NCBI GenBank assembly: GCA_965206845.1
Contig: OZ242221.1
Coordinates: 1,024,001-1,088,000 of the forward strand
Source of the DNA: Cenarchaeum sp.
GTDB taxonomy: Archaea > Thermoproteota > Nitrososphaeria > Nitrososphaerales > Nitrosopumilaceae
Direction: 5' to 3'
DNA: 64,000 bases
Numbering within the stretch: position 1 is the stretch's first letter; every line of letters starts with the position of its first letter. The notes below the pieces were generated by a model, which did not search any database, was not told where the DNA came from, and saw only the letters and a list, made by a program, of their open reading frames with translations. Positions 1 through 9,790 of this stretch are shown one piece after another. The translations under genes were made by a program, and so were the position numbers.

Positions 1-2188
1 CGAGTTCTCATCCGAGGTGTCCGCCCTGGCAGACACAGTGCGGGGATATGTGAATGATTACGGCGCAGACAAGGTGGGTGTGCTGTACATCGGGTTCGGC
101 GAGGTGCTGCCGTTCATGCAGTCCGCATCGGGCCACGCAGTGCTTTACGACGTAAGGTGGTTTGGCAGCGATGCCAACACGAATGATTTGAACCTCGTGG
201 AGGATCCCGCCGGACTGCAATTTGTAACCGATACCAGGTATACCACCGTGCAGGTGGCGTCGGGCAAGAATGATCTCAGCAGGTATGTGGACAGCTCGCT
301 GCAGACAAGCATTGGACGGATACCGAGCACGTACGCAAGCTCCGCATACGACATGATGTGGATAGCGGGACTTGCGATAGAGAGAGAGCAGAGCGTGGAT
401 GTTGCGGCGCTGACCAAGGCAATACCTGAGATTGCCGCGGGATACAATGGAGCCTTGGGCTCCGCCCGACTCAACGACTTTGGCGACCTGGCCCAGACAA
501 ACTACGACATATGGGACATCAGGGACGGCGTATGGACGGTGGCGGGAACGTACTTTGCATCCTCAGATACCATCAAGCATGACGACGGCACTGGGCTGTC
601 CGGTGAGATACAGATAGGCTCAATCCTGCCGCTCACAGGCAGGCTCTCAAAGCACGGTGAGGAGAACTGGGCAGCCTCTGTTCTTGCCACTGTAGACTTT
701 AACAAGTACCTGGCAGACAACAATGCAAACTGGTCGCTTAGCGCCGTAGTTGAGGATTCGCAGACATCGCCCACGGTCGCACTTGAAAAGCTCCAGGTGC
801 TGCATGCCAAAAGCATAAAGATCGTGCTGGGACCCGAGACCAGCTCCAACCTTCAGAACATAAAGGGGTATGCGGACGCCAACGAGATACTGCTCTTCAG
901 CTGCTGCTCCACGTCCCCGCTTCTTGCCATATCCGGCGATACGATATTCAGGATGGCACCGGATGACACCAACCAGGGCACCGCACTGGGCAAGATCTTC
1001 ACGGATGCAGGAATGGAGGCAGTGGTGCCGGTATGGCGCGAGGACGCGTGGGGCGTGGGACTTGTAGGGTCCGTGCGTGACTCATTTACGTCCAAGGGCG
1101 GCACGGTAGCCGACGGGCTTGGATACAACCCCGAGGCCAGCGACTTTTCGGCCGAGACGTCGCTCCTGGCAGAGATAGTGCGGGAGTATGTGGGCGAGTA
1201 CGGCGCGGACAAGGTGGCCGTGATGTACATCGGGTTCGGCGAGGGCCTGCTGTTCATGCAGTCCGCATCGGACCAGGAGATACTCAGTGACGTGAGGTGG
1301 TTTGGCACCGACGCCAACACCCGGGATCCGACATTCGTCGACGATCCGATAGGGCTTGAATTTGTAAATGATATCAGGTATACCACCGTGCAGGTGGCAT
1401 CGGGCAAGAACGACATCAGCAAGCGCGTGGACGAGTCGCTGGTGGCGGAGCTTGGAAGGGTGCCAAGCACGTATGCGAGCTCCGCATACGACGCGGTATG
1501 GGTCGTCGGCCTTGCGATGGATAGGGAACAGAGCACAGATGTCGCACTGCTGAGCCAGGCGATTCCCGAGATTGCCGCAGAGCACACGGGCGCCCTGGGC
1601 TCCACGCGACTCAACGACTACGGCGACCTGGCCCAGACAAACTATGACGTCTGGGACATCAGGGACGGCGTATGGACACTGGCCGGGACGTACTTTTCGG
1701 CCACTGACACGATCATGCTTGATGATGGCACGGTAGACACGCCTGACGAAGTAGTGCCGGACATGCCTGACGAAGTAGTGCCGGACATGCCTGACGAAAC
1801 CACGCCCCCTGGCGGATGCCTGATTGCGACCGCCGCATACGGCAGTGAGCTTGCACCGCAGGTCCAGTTCCTGCGCGAGATCAGGGACAACACGCTGCTC
1901 TCGACTGACTCTGGGACATCATTCATGACGGGCTTCAACCAGTTCTACTACTCGTTCTCCCCCGCTGTTGCAGACCTTGAGCGCGAGAATGTCGTGTTCA
2001 GGGACGCCGTGAGGGTGGCGATAACGCCTGGACTGTACACGCTGAACATAATGACGCTTGCGGACCAGAACTCTGATGCCTCGGTCATCGCATTTGGCCT
2101 ACTCGCGATTGCCGCCATGGCGGGCATCTATGTGGCAGGACCCGTCCTGGCGATACGCACCATCCGCAAAAGAGTAAGGCACGCATAG
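1..2188 (+). CDS. Tandem ABC-type (branched-chain amino acid/LivJ-like, PBP1) substrate-binding protein with C-terminal CFI-box-CTERM anchor; 5'-truncated by window edge
   Basis: Open frame from window start; repeated PBP domain (IGSILPLTG, SSAYD motifs); C-terminal GGCLIATAAYGSELAPQVQFLREIRD motif plus TM helix. Confidence 0.85.
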   Translation, partial: EFSSEVSALADTVRGYVNDYGADKVGVLYIGFGEVLPFMQSASGHAVLYDVRWFGSDANTNDLNLVEDPAGLQFVTDTRYTTVQVASGKNDLSRYVDSSLQTSIGRIPSTYASSAYDMMWIAGLAIEREQSVDVAALTKAIPEIAAGYNGALGSARLNDFGDLAQTNYDIWDIRDGVWTVAGTYFASSDTIKHDDGTGLSGEIQIGSILPLTGRLSKHGEENWAASVLATVDFNKYLADNNANWSLSAVVEDSQTSPTVALEKLQVLHAKSIKIVLGPETSSNLQNIKGYADANEILLFSCCSTSPLLAISGDTIFRMAPDDTNQGTALGKIFTDAGMEAVVPVWREDAWGVGLVGSVRDSFTSKGGTVADGLGYNPEASDFSAETSLLAEIVREYVGEYGADKVAVMYIGFGEGLLFMQSASDQEILSDVRWFGTDANTRDPTFVDDPIGLEFVNDIRYTTVQVASGKNDISKRVDESLVAELGRVPSTYASSAYDAVWVVGLAMDREQSTDVALLSQAIPEIAAEHTGALGSTRLNDYGDLAQTNYDVWDIRDGVWTLAGTYFSATDTIMLDDGTVDTPDEVVPDMPDEVVPDMPDETTPPGGCLIATAAYGSELAPQVQFLREIRDNTLLSTDSGTSFMTGFNQFYYSFSPAVADLERENVVFRDAVRVAITPGLYTLNIMTLADQNSDASVIAFGLLAIAAMAGIYVAGPVLAIRTIRKRVRHA
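59..1710 (+). repeat. Intragenic domain duplication with exact 1140-nt period
   Basis: taccaccgtgcaggtggc at 241 and 1381; ggcgacctggcccagacaa at 482 and 1622; tacggcgc..gacaaggtg at 59 and 1199. Confidence 0.9.
1741..1798 (+). repeat. 24-bp tandem repeat (2.4 copies) encoding PDEVVPDM linker
   Basis: gcctgacgaagtagtgccggacat x2 plus partial copy. Confidence 0.9.
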
Positions 2189-2674
2189 TATCCCCCGTAT
2201 GTCGGCAGCAGATATTCTTTGGCGCTCCTCGGGCATGATTTTGCATGCCTTTGGACCTGTCGCATGATGCCGTCTGCTGCATCGGGCTGGATGTGAAGGC
2301 GCTCCGAAATGCCTGCCTGTGCGCAGGCGAATGGGGATGCGGCCCATGACAGATCACGTGCTGTCGCCGGATCCACCCCCTTGCATGCCGGCGCGGCACG
2401 AGGCCATCGGGATTGTCAGGATGCACGGCTGCCGGCCGCTTCAGTGCACGTTCATCTCGCAGGCCGCTTCCGGCCCCTTCGGGTTCGGATCGTACCTGTC
2501 CGGCAGGCTGCACACCCGACGTCGGGGGCACACGCCCACCAACACAGCAGCCCTAGTCGCCCCCACGCCCGGGGGTCTCTTGGGTCATGCGCCTTTAGGG
2601 GTCGCCTGCAGCGCATGCCGCGTGGCAAATGCTATCATGCTCTCTCATGGGGACTGGGATCTAGCTGGCATTGT

Positions 2675-3151
2675 TCAGTTGAACGGGGCATCTGCCATTA
2701 TGACGTCCTCGTTGTTGAGAACGACTGCGTATGCCGTACTGCCAGATTCCAGCTCTATTGTCTGAAGTCCCGCGACGGTGCCATAGAATAGCGCATAGCC
2801 CGTCTCGCCATGCCTTACCTGGTCGTCATACAGCAGATAGTACTCGTCATTGCCTGTATCGATCAGGTAGGCAAGACCGTCAAGCGGCAACTCCTCAATT
2901 CCCACTATCTGTCCTGTCCCCTTTACTACCTGGCCCACGTACGAGTCGTTGTTCTCAACCAGTTCAGCATGGCTCACATCCCTTAGCGCTATCATATCCA
3001 GCTCCTCGTTTGAGATGCCCATGCCCATCTGCTCTTCTATTTCGCTCACGACAGCATACAGGAGTGCTGCGCCGGCTGCCACTATTACCCCAATGATAAC
3101 TCCGATAATGATGACTACCTTTACTGCCGTATGCACTACTGCACTCAGCAT
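2675..3151 (-). CDS. Hypothetical membrane-anchored acidic protein (possible OB-fold-like)
   Basis: N-terminal hydrophobic helix then soluble acidic domain; start uncertain. Confidence 0.6.
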   Translation of the reverse strand: MLSAVVHTAVKVVIIIGVIIGVIVAAGAALLYAVVSEIEEQMGMGISNEELDMIALRDVSHAELVENNDSYVGQVVKGTGQIVGIEELPLDGLAYLIDTGNDEYYLLYDDQVRHGETGYALFYGTVAGLQTIELESGSTAYAVVLNNEDVIMADAPFN

Positions 3152-3312
3152 GCTCTTTCCATATGAAGGTAGTCTACTCTCCAGTAGCACAGATGCAGCC
3201 GCCGCAGGGGAACGGGATCCATGGCCCGCGCGAGGCCGAAACGGCGGATCCGCGTTTTGCGGGGAACTGCATGAGGTAGTTTTAATAAAAATAGGCTCCC
3301 CAATTCAACCAC

Positions 3313-4602
3313 ATGTCAGAGTTCAAGGGGTACACCGGACGATCTCTCGAGTTTCTCAGGTCCGAGAACCTTGCTGTCGGGGACCGGGTAAGGATCGCGG
3401 CCGGCCTGACCTATTCCGGGATCCTGATGCCCAGGTACGAGGGAGGCAGCGGCGGCATAATCGTGCTCAAGCTCCCGAGCGGCTACAACGTGGGGGTGGA
3501 CGTGGACGGAATCACCGGCGTCGAGAGGCTTGATCAGGAGCCCGAGGCGGAGCAGGGGGAGGATGTCCCCGCAGGGAACCCCGCGCTGCCGAAGATCCTT
3601 CTGCTCTCCACGGGCGGCACCATCGCCAGCAGGATAGACTACAGGACGGGGGCGGTGACCCCCACCGTCACGCCGGAGGATCTCAACGCCTCGGTGCCGG
3701 AGCTGGGCAAGATCGCCAACATCGAGACGGAGATACTGTTCTCCGAGTACTCGGAGAACCTGCAGCCGGAGCACTGGCAGGGCATCGCGCAGAGGCTGGA
3801 CCAGCTGTCCGGATCCGACTACCGGGGGATAATCGTCGCCCACGGAACGGACACCATGCACTACACCTCGGCCTTTCTCTCGTTTGCGCTCACCGGATAC
3901 CCGATCCCCATCGCCATGGTCGGCTCGCAGAGATCCTCCGACAGGCCGTCGTCTGATGCCGCCCTGAACCTCATCGGCGCCGCCAGGTTCCTGACCGAGT
4001 GCGGCACCCGGGGCGTCTTTGTCGTCATGCACCATGACGAAAGCGACACGGCGGTAGCGTGCCATCTGGGAACCAGGGTCAGGAAGATGCACACCAGCAG
4101 GCGTGGCGCCTTTCAGACCATAAACTCGGATCCCGCGTTTCTCATAACCGACGGGGAGATCAAGCGGAACATGGACGGCGGGTTCTTTGGCTCCGCCGGG
4201 TACAACCCGAGAACGGCAGTGGATGCGCGGGTCGCCCTGGTCAAGTACCATCCGGGGTACGACCCGGCACACCTGGACTACCTGGTAGAGTCTGGCACAA
4301 GGGCGGTCATCTTCGAGGGGACGGGCCTTGGCCATGTGGGACGGACCCTGTACGGTGCCGTGGAAAGGGCGGCCAGGAAAGGGGTATTTCTTGGAATGGC
4401 CTCGCAGTGCGTTGGCGGCAGAACCAGGATGACCGTCTACGAGAGCGGCCGGGATCTGACGGCCTTGGGCGTGACGCCGCTTGGCGACATGCTCTCCGAG
4501 GTGGCCCTGGTCAAGGCCATGTGGGCCCTGGGAAACTCGCAGGACCGTGACGGGTTCCTGAGACTGATGCTCTCCCGCGTGGCATCAGAGTCCTCCGACT
4601 AG
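3313..4602 (+). CDS. gatD: Glu-tRNA(Gln) amidotransferase subunit D
   Basis: Asparaginase motifs STGGTIAS, HGTDT, GSQRSSDRPSSD; adjacent to gatE. Confidence 0.95.
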   Translation: MSEFKGYTGRSLEFLRSENLAVGDRVRIAAGLTYSGILMPRYEGGSGGIIVLKLPSGYNVGVDVDGITGVERLDQEPEAEQGEDVPAGNPALPKILLLSTGGTIASRIDYRTGAVTPTVTPEDLNASVPELGKIANIETEILFSEYSENLQPEHWQGIAQRLDQLSGSDYRGIIVAHGTDTMHYTSAFLSFALTGYPIPIAMVGSQRSSDRPSSDAALNLIGAARFLTECGTRGVFVVMHHDESDTAVACHLGTRVRKMHTSRRGAFQTINSDPAFLITDGEIKRNMDGGFFGSAGYNPRTAVDARVALVKYHPGYDPAHLDYLVESGTRAVIFEGTGLGHVGRTLYGAVERAARKGVFLGMASQCVGGRTRMTVYESGRDLTALGVTPLGDMLSEVALVKAMWALGNSQDRDGFLRLMLSRVASESSD

Positions 4603-4627
4603 GTTTTAATGGTTCGGCAATCCAAGG

Positions 4628-6532
4628 GTGGTGTTGAGCATAGATCCCAGCGAGATAGGGCTCAAGGTGGGCCTGGAGATACACCAGCAGCTGGCAACGG
4701 GGCGGAAGCTATTCTGCGCCTGCGGCCAGGCCGAGTCTGACGAGTTCACCAGGAGGTTCACCCGGAGACTGCGGGCCTCAAAGAGCGAGACGGGCAGGTA
4801 CGATCCCGCAGCCATCTTTGAAAAAGCAAAGTCAAAGGTCATGGTGTACAGCGGCGCCTCCCAGAGCAGCTGCCCGGTGGAGGAGGACGAGGAACCGCCA
4901 CACGACCCGGACCCGGCCGCAAAGGAGACGGCCCTGCTGATCGCATCGGCGCTCGGCTCGAGGATCTTCAGGGAGATCTTTGTGATGCGCAAGATCGTCA
5001 TCGACGGATCCAACACCTCGGGATTCCAGAGGACCGCGCTGGTCTCACAGGGCGGCGTCCTCAAGGTGGGAGACAGGCGGGTAGGCGTCCAGTCGATCTG
5101 CCTCGAGGAGGATGCGGCCAGGCTGATCGGGGACAGCGGTGATGTCCGGGAGTACAGCCTGGATCGGCTTGGGGTGCCACTGGTGGAGATCGCCCTGGAG
5201 CCGGTGGAGTCGGGACCGCAGGAGACAAGGAAGATAGCGCTGGCCCTGGGAAAGCTGCTGCGAACCACCAAGAGGGTGGCCAGGGGGATCGGCACCATCA
5301 GGCAGGACGTCAACGTGTCCGTTCGTGGCGGGGGCGTAGTCGAGGTAAAGGGCGTCCAGCAGCTGGATCAGCTGGAGAAGGCGATAGCGTTTGAGGCCAA
5401 GAGGCAGCACGGCCTCACCAGAATAGCGCAGAGGCTGCAGGGAAGGGACGTCGTGCCCCGCGACGATGACATATTCTGCGTCTCCGATCTTCTACAGGAC
5501 TGCGGCTCGAAGACAATCCAGAAGAGCCTGCGGGACGGCTCTGTGATCCGGGCGATCCGGGTCAGAGACTTTGCGGGGCTCTTTGGCTACGAGCCGTACC
5601 CCGGAGTGAGGGTCGGCCTGGAGATAGCCCAAGTGGTGAGGGCCTTGGGCGTCGGCGGGGTGTTCCACTCCGACGAGCTGCCAGGCTACGGAATCGGCGA
5701 TGGCGACGTGGCGGCCATCAGGGGCAGGCTGCGGGTGTCTGACGGTGACGGGTTTCTCATCGTCGCGGCCGACCCGTCCAGGATCGACTCCGTGACGGAT
5801 GCCATAGTGAACAGGATCCGCCAGGCGCAGGAGGGCGTCCCTGCGGAGACCCGGCAGGTCACCCCCGGCGGGGAGACCATATTCTTGAGGCCGAGGCCGG
5901 GGGCGGCCAGAATGTACCCGGAGACCGACATTGCGCCGATACCGGTGACACCCCAGGAGCTGCGCAGGGCAGAGGCGGACGTGCCCAGGCCCTGGGACGA
6001 CCTGCTGGCCGGTCTTGTGGCAAGATACCACCTGAATCCGCAGCTGGCAGAGCAGGTTCTCGACTCCAGGTACCTGGAGATCTTCGAGGAGATAGCCGGG
6101 CGGGGCGCGGTGCCGCCAAACTTTGTCGCATCAACGCTCTGCTCCACGATCACCGGCCTGCAGAGGCGGGGGCTGGCAGCGGAGCTGGCATCCCAAGACA
6201 TCCGGGATGCCTTTGATCTCCTGTCATCGGGCAGGATCCCAAAGGAGTCAGTGGAGCTCATCTTTGAGAGCATAATGTCCGGCGCGTCCCGGACCGCGCA
6301 GGAGGCGGTCGGCCGGCTGGGAATCGGCGCCATGGATCCCCAGGAGCTGGAGGAGATCCTGATGGGAATCGCGAAGGACAACCGCGACATGATCCTCAGG
6401 CAGAAGGAGAGGGCAGCGGGCTTTCTCATGGGGGCGGCCATGAAGCGGCTGCGGGGAAAGGCCCCGGGAAGCGCGATAAACTCAAAACTGCAACAGATAA
6501 TACGAGAAATGACCAAAGAAAAAAGCGGATAG
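4628..6532 (+). CDS. gatE: Glu-tRNA(Gln) amidotransferase subunit E
   Basis: KVGLEIHQQL, IDGSNTSGFQRT, RPRPGAARMYPETD motifs. Confidence 0.95.
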   Translation: MVLSIDPSEIGLKVGLEIHQQLATGRKLFCACGQAESDEFTRRFTRRLRASKSETGRYDPAAIFEKAKSKVMVYSGASQSSCPVEEDEEPPHDPDPAAKETALLIASALGSRIFREIFVMRKIVIDGSNTSGFQRTALVSQGGVLKVGDRRVGVQSICLEEDAARLIGDSGDVREYSLDRLGVPLVEIALEPVESGPQETRKIALALGKLLRTTKRVARGIGTIRQDVNVSVRGGGVVEVKGVQQLDQLEKAIAFEAKRQHGLTRIAQRLQGRDVVPRDDDIFCVSDLLQDCGSKTIQKSLRDGSVIRAIRVRDFAGLFGYEPYPGVRVGLEIAQVVRALGVGGVFHSDELPGYGIGDGDVAAIRGRLRVSDGDGFLIVAADPSRIDSVTDAIVNRIRQAQEGVPAETRQVTPGGETIFLRPRPGAARMYPETDIAPIPVTPQELRRAEADVPRPWDDLLAGLVARYHLNPQLAEQVLDSRYLEIFEEIAGRGAVPPNFVASTLCSTITGLQRRGLAAELASQDIRDAFDLLSSGRIPKESVELIFESIMSGASRTAQEAVGRLGIGAMDPQELEEILMGIAKDNRDMILRQKERAAGFLMGAAMKRLRGKAPGSAINSKLQQIIREMTKEKSG

Positions 6533-6548
6533 GCTAAAAACGCCCCCT

Positions 6549-6821
6549 TTATTTTTCCTCTGTTTCTTCTACTTTCCGTCGGCCGGTGCCTCTTCCAGTG
6601 GAGATGTACTTGCCCTCTGCAGAAGGCCGTCCTTCTGTCTCTTTTATATCGCCGAACTTTATCTTGCGGGTACCTCGACCGGAACTCACATACACATCCG
6701 CGGCGGCCTCTTTGCGCTTCTTCATGACTTCTTTGTACTCGTCTCCAGTCCAGTTGTCGGCTTCTTTGTCGACTACTCTTCTAGATGTTCCCCTTCCTCC
6801 GGAACGAACTACTTTGTCCAT
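6549..6821 (-). CDS. Small basic hypothetical protein with three S(S/G/T)GRGT repeats
   Basis: 90-aa ORF, ATG ~25 nt downstream of TTTAAA TATA box. Confidence 0.7.
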   Translation of the reverse strand: MDKVVRSGGRGTSRRVVDKEADNWTGDEYKEVMKKRKEAAADVYVSSGRGTRKIKFGDIKETEGRPSAEGKYISTGRGTGRRKVEETEEK

Positions 6822-6966
6822 ATGAGACTGTACAACACACTATAGTTTAAAGTTATTTGTGCGGTGGTTCTTTTGCGCCATCGATGCCTGCCCGTTTTCC
6901 CTGTCTGGCTGTGCGAGGCAGCCCCCAGACATCAATATATTTAAGCACGGCATGCTATCTCTGCAC

Positions 6967-7086
6967 ATGGCCGGCATCTTTGACTTTATACCCGTCATCT
7001 CTGTAGTTCTGCTAGCTCTAGGTCTGATCGGTGTGATGGTGTATGAAAGGGCAAGATCGGGGCACACCGAGAGACAGTCTGCCTGA
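6967..7086 (+). CDS. Small single-pass membrane protein (39 aa)
   Basis: MAGIFDFIPVISVVLLALGLIGVMVYERARS...; ATG ~24 nt after TATATTTAA; overlaps helicase 5' end. Confidence 0.45.
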   Translation: MAGIFDFIPVISVVLLALGLIGVMVYERARSGHTERQSA

Positions 7087-9790
7087 CTCGCTGTCGGCCA
7101 AGTTCCGGTCTCTGGGATTTGACAGCCTGACAGAGATCCAGAGAAGGGCTGTGCCCGTAATCTACCAGAAGAAGGACTCGCTGGTGATTGCGCCCACCGG
7201 CTCTGGCAAGACCGAGTGCTCCGTGATTCCGATCTTTGAGAGGGTAGGGCGGTCAAAGAAGCCCGGCCGGATAAAGGTGCTCTACGTCACGCCGCTGCGG
7301 GCGCTGAACCGGGACGTCTTTCGGAGGATCATGCGGTACGCCCAGTCCGACGGGCTTTCGATCGAGATCCGCCACGGCGATACCACCAGGGCTGCCCGGC
7401 GGAGGATCACCCTGAACCCGCCGGACATCCTCATCACGACCCCCGAGACGCTGGTGATCCTGCTGACGCAAAAGGCGGCGCTAGAGGCGCTCTCCGAGCT
7501 GGAGTGGGTCGTCATAGACGAGGTGCACGAGCTCCTCTCAAGCGAGCGCGGCGCCCAGCTCTCCCTGAGCCTGGAGCGGCTGCAGCTCAACGCCCGCTCG
7601 GAGATGACCAGGGTCGGGCTGTCCGCCACCGTGGGGGATGCGCTCCGGGCATCCAAGTTTGTCGTGGGAACGAAGCGGCGGTGCCGCATCATCCGGGACA
7701 CGTCACTGCGCAGGTATGACGTGGAGATCCGGTACGTGGACGGCACCATATCAGATGTCGCCGAGGCCATCGTCGACTACGTGGAGGGGCTGAAGCTGGA
7801 CTCGCAGGTCCTGCTCTTCACCAACACCAGGGGCGAGGCAGAGTTTCTCGCCTCCATCCTGCGCGAAAAGTCAGACGTGGGCATCGAGCTGCACCACGGC
7901 TCCCTCTCAAGGGACGTGAGGGAGGAGACCGAGTCCGTGCTCCGCGAGGGCAAGCGGGGAATCGTGGTGTGCACGTCATCACTCGAGCTGGGACTTGACA
8001 TCGGATCCATCGAGTTTGTCATCCATTACGGCTCTCCCAGGCAGGTGTCTAAGATGGTCCAGAGGATCGGCCGAAGCAAGCACTCCCGCAGGTCATCGGC
8101 CCGGGGGCTTGTCATCACCAACAGCGCAGACGACGAGTTCGAGGCCAAGGCCATCCTCGAGAGAATCCGGGAGGGCTCGATGGAGGACCAGGTCATCCAC
8201 GACGGCTCTCTGGACGTCTTGGCGCACCACCTGGTGGGCCTGACGATGCAGTGCGGCGAGGTCGAGGTGGGCGAGGCGCTGGGGATCTTTGCCCGGGCGT
8301 ACCCCTTTCGCAACCTGACGCTGGAGGACGTGGTCTCGGTGCTGGAACTGCTGGACGCAAACTACCTGGTCTTCTTTGACCGCCAGAATGCGCGCTTCAG
8401 GAGGAAGGGCCGCGCGTTCCGGTACTACTTTGAGAACCTCTCCACCATCCCCGACATACTCAAGTTCCGGGTGTTTGACTCCGTCGGCAAGAGGATCATC
8501 GGCACCCTGGATCAGAGATTCGTCGGCGACCACGGCGAGTCGGGAAACGTGTTTGTGCTGCGGGGAACCCAGTGGCGGATCCTGAACGTGGACGAAAAGT
8601 CCCTGGCGGTAAACGTGGAGCCGTTCCGGGGCGGCTCGACCACCGTCCCGTACTGGGAAGGCGAGTCGATTCCCGTGGATCGCCATACCGCAAGAAAGGT
8701 GGGCGCGTTTCGGACCAGGGTCGGTCAGGATCCCGGCCTTGTGCAAAACTCCGTGGTGTCCAGGTTGCAGATTCCCAGGATACCCGACGAGCGCGTCATG
8801 GTGGCCGAGTCCTCCCGTCCCAAGGGAATCCTGGTGCTGCACGCATGCCTTGGAAGCAGGATAAACTCCACCATATCCACGCTGCTCTCGTCCATGCTCT
8901 CCTCGCTGCTTGGCGTCGTGGTGGAGGCAAGGGCCGACGCCTACCGGATATCGCTCTCCTCTGCTGCCAGGATAACTGAGGCGCTTCTCCGGGATGTTCT
9001 GTGCGACGAGTACGACCTGTACTCGGTGATATCTGCATCCCTTGCGGACACGCACAACGTGACCTGGCGGACTTGGTGCGTAGCAAAAAAGTTCGGGGTC
9101 GTGGGCAGGGAGGCCGTATACGACAGGAGGCAGGCCAGGTTCCTCTACCAGAGGTACCTGGGCACCCCGATGGTAAAAGAGGCGCTGCGGGAGCTCTACC
9201 ACGACAAGTACGACCTGCCCGGAACCGAGCAGGCCCTGGCAGACATCAGGGAGGGCAGGATCCAGCTTGCGTGGACGGAGGTGGACGACTTTTCGCAGCT
9301 GGCCGAGCCCATACTGGATCACACGGCCAAGTACTACTCGTCCCCGTCCAGCCTGGACCAGGGCATACTGGACCTGATAAAGAGCCGCCTGTCCAAGACC
9401 CGGCACCGGCTGGTCTGCTGCCGGTGCGGCAAGTGGGAGATGGCAGTGCAGACCTGCGACGTAAAGGGCGCCCTGGCGTGCCCCTATTGCAGGGGCAGGC
9501 AGATCACCGCCACGTTCTACTCCGACTATGACCTTCCGGGCATCATAAGAAGGAAACACGCGGGCAAGAGGCTCAGCGCGGAGGAGGCCCACAAGTTTGA
9601 CCGTGCCTGGAAGGTCTCCTCACTGGTGGAGAGCTTTGGCAGCACCGCAATCTTGGTGATGTCCGGGTACGGCGTCGGCGCGGACACCGCGGCCCGCATA
9701 CTCCGGGATATGGTGGACGAGGAGACCCTGTACCGGCAGATCTACCAGGCAGAGAGGCAGTATGTCATGACCAGGGGCTTTTGGGACTAG
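7043..9790 (+). CDS. lhr: Lhr-family ATP-dependent SF2 helicase with C-terminal Zn finger
   Basis: APTGSGKT, YVTPLRALNRD, DEVH, HHGSLS, SSLELGLDIG, QRIGRS; CxxC...CPYC. Confidence 0.9.
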   Translation: MKGQDRGTPRDSLPDSLSAKFRSLGFDSLTEIQRRAVPVIYQKKDSLVIAPTGSGKTECSVIPIFERVGRSKKPGRIKVLYVTPLRALNRDVFRRIMRYAQSDGLSIEIRHGDTTRAARRRITLNPPDILITTPETLVILLTQKAALEALSELEWVVIDEVHELLSSERGAQLSLSLERLQLNARSEMTRVGLSATVGDALRASKFVVGTKRRCRIIRDTSLRRYDVEIRYVDGTISDVAEAIVDYVEGLKLDSQVLLFTNTRGEAEFLASILREKSDVGIELHHGSLSRDVREETESVLREGKRGIVVCTSSLELGLDIGSIEFVIHYGSPRQVSKMVQRIGRSKHSRRSSARGLVITNSADDEFEAKAILERIREGSMEDQVIHDGSLDVLAHHLVGLTMQCGEVEVGEALGIFARAYPFRNLTLEDVVSVLELLDANYLVFFDRQNARFRRKGRAFRYYFENLSTIPDILKFRVFDSVGKRIIGTLDQRFVGDHGESGNVFVLRGTQWRILNVDEKSLAVNVEPFRGGSTTVPYWEGESIPVDRHTARKVGAFRTRVGQDPGLVQNSVVSRLQIPRIPDERVMVAESSRPKGILVLHACLGSRINSTISTLLSSMLSSLLGVVVEARADAYRISLSSAARITEALLRDVLCDEYDLYSVISASLADTHNVTWRTWCVAKKFGVVGREAVYDRRQARFLYQRYLGTPMVKEALRELYHDKYDLPGTEQALADIREGRIQLAWTEVDDFSQLAEPILDHTAKYYSSPSSLDQGILDLIKSRLSKTRHRLVCCRCGKWEMAVQTCDVKGALACPYCRGRQITATFYSDYDLPGIIRRKHAGKRLSAEEAHKFDRAWKVSSLVESFGSTAILVMSGYGVGADTAARILRDMVDEETLYRQIYQAERQYVMTRGFWD

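Noticed and set aside
2189-2674. ORFs in the GC-rich gap after the binding protein
   Set aside because: No motifs, promoter or repeats recognised; left uncalled
8093-9592. Long antisense ORFs (e.g. 499 aa here; also 35446-36639, 27562-28728)
   Set aside because: Shadow ORFs typical of high-GC coding DNA, with no recognisable motifs
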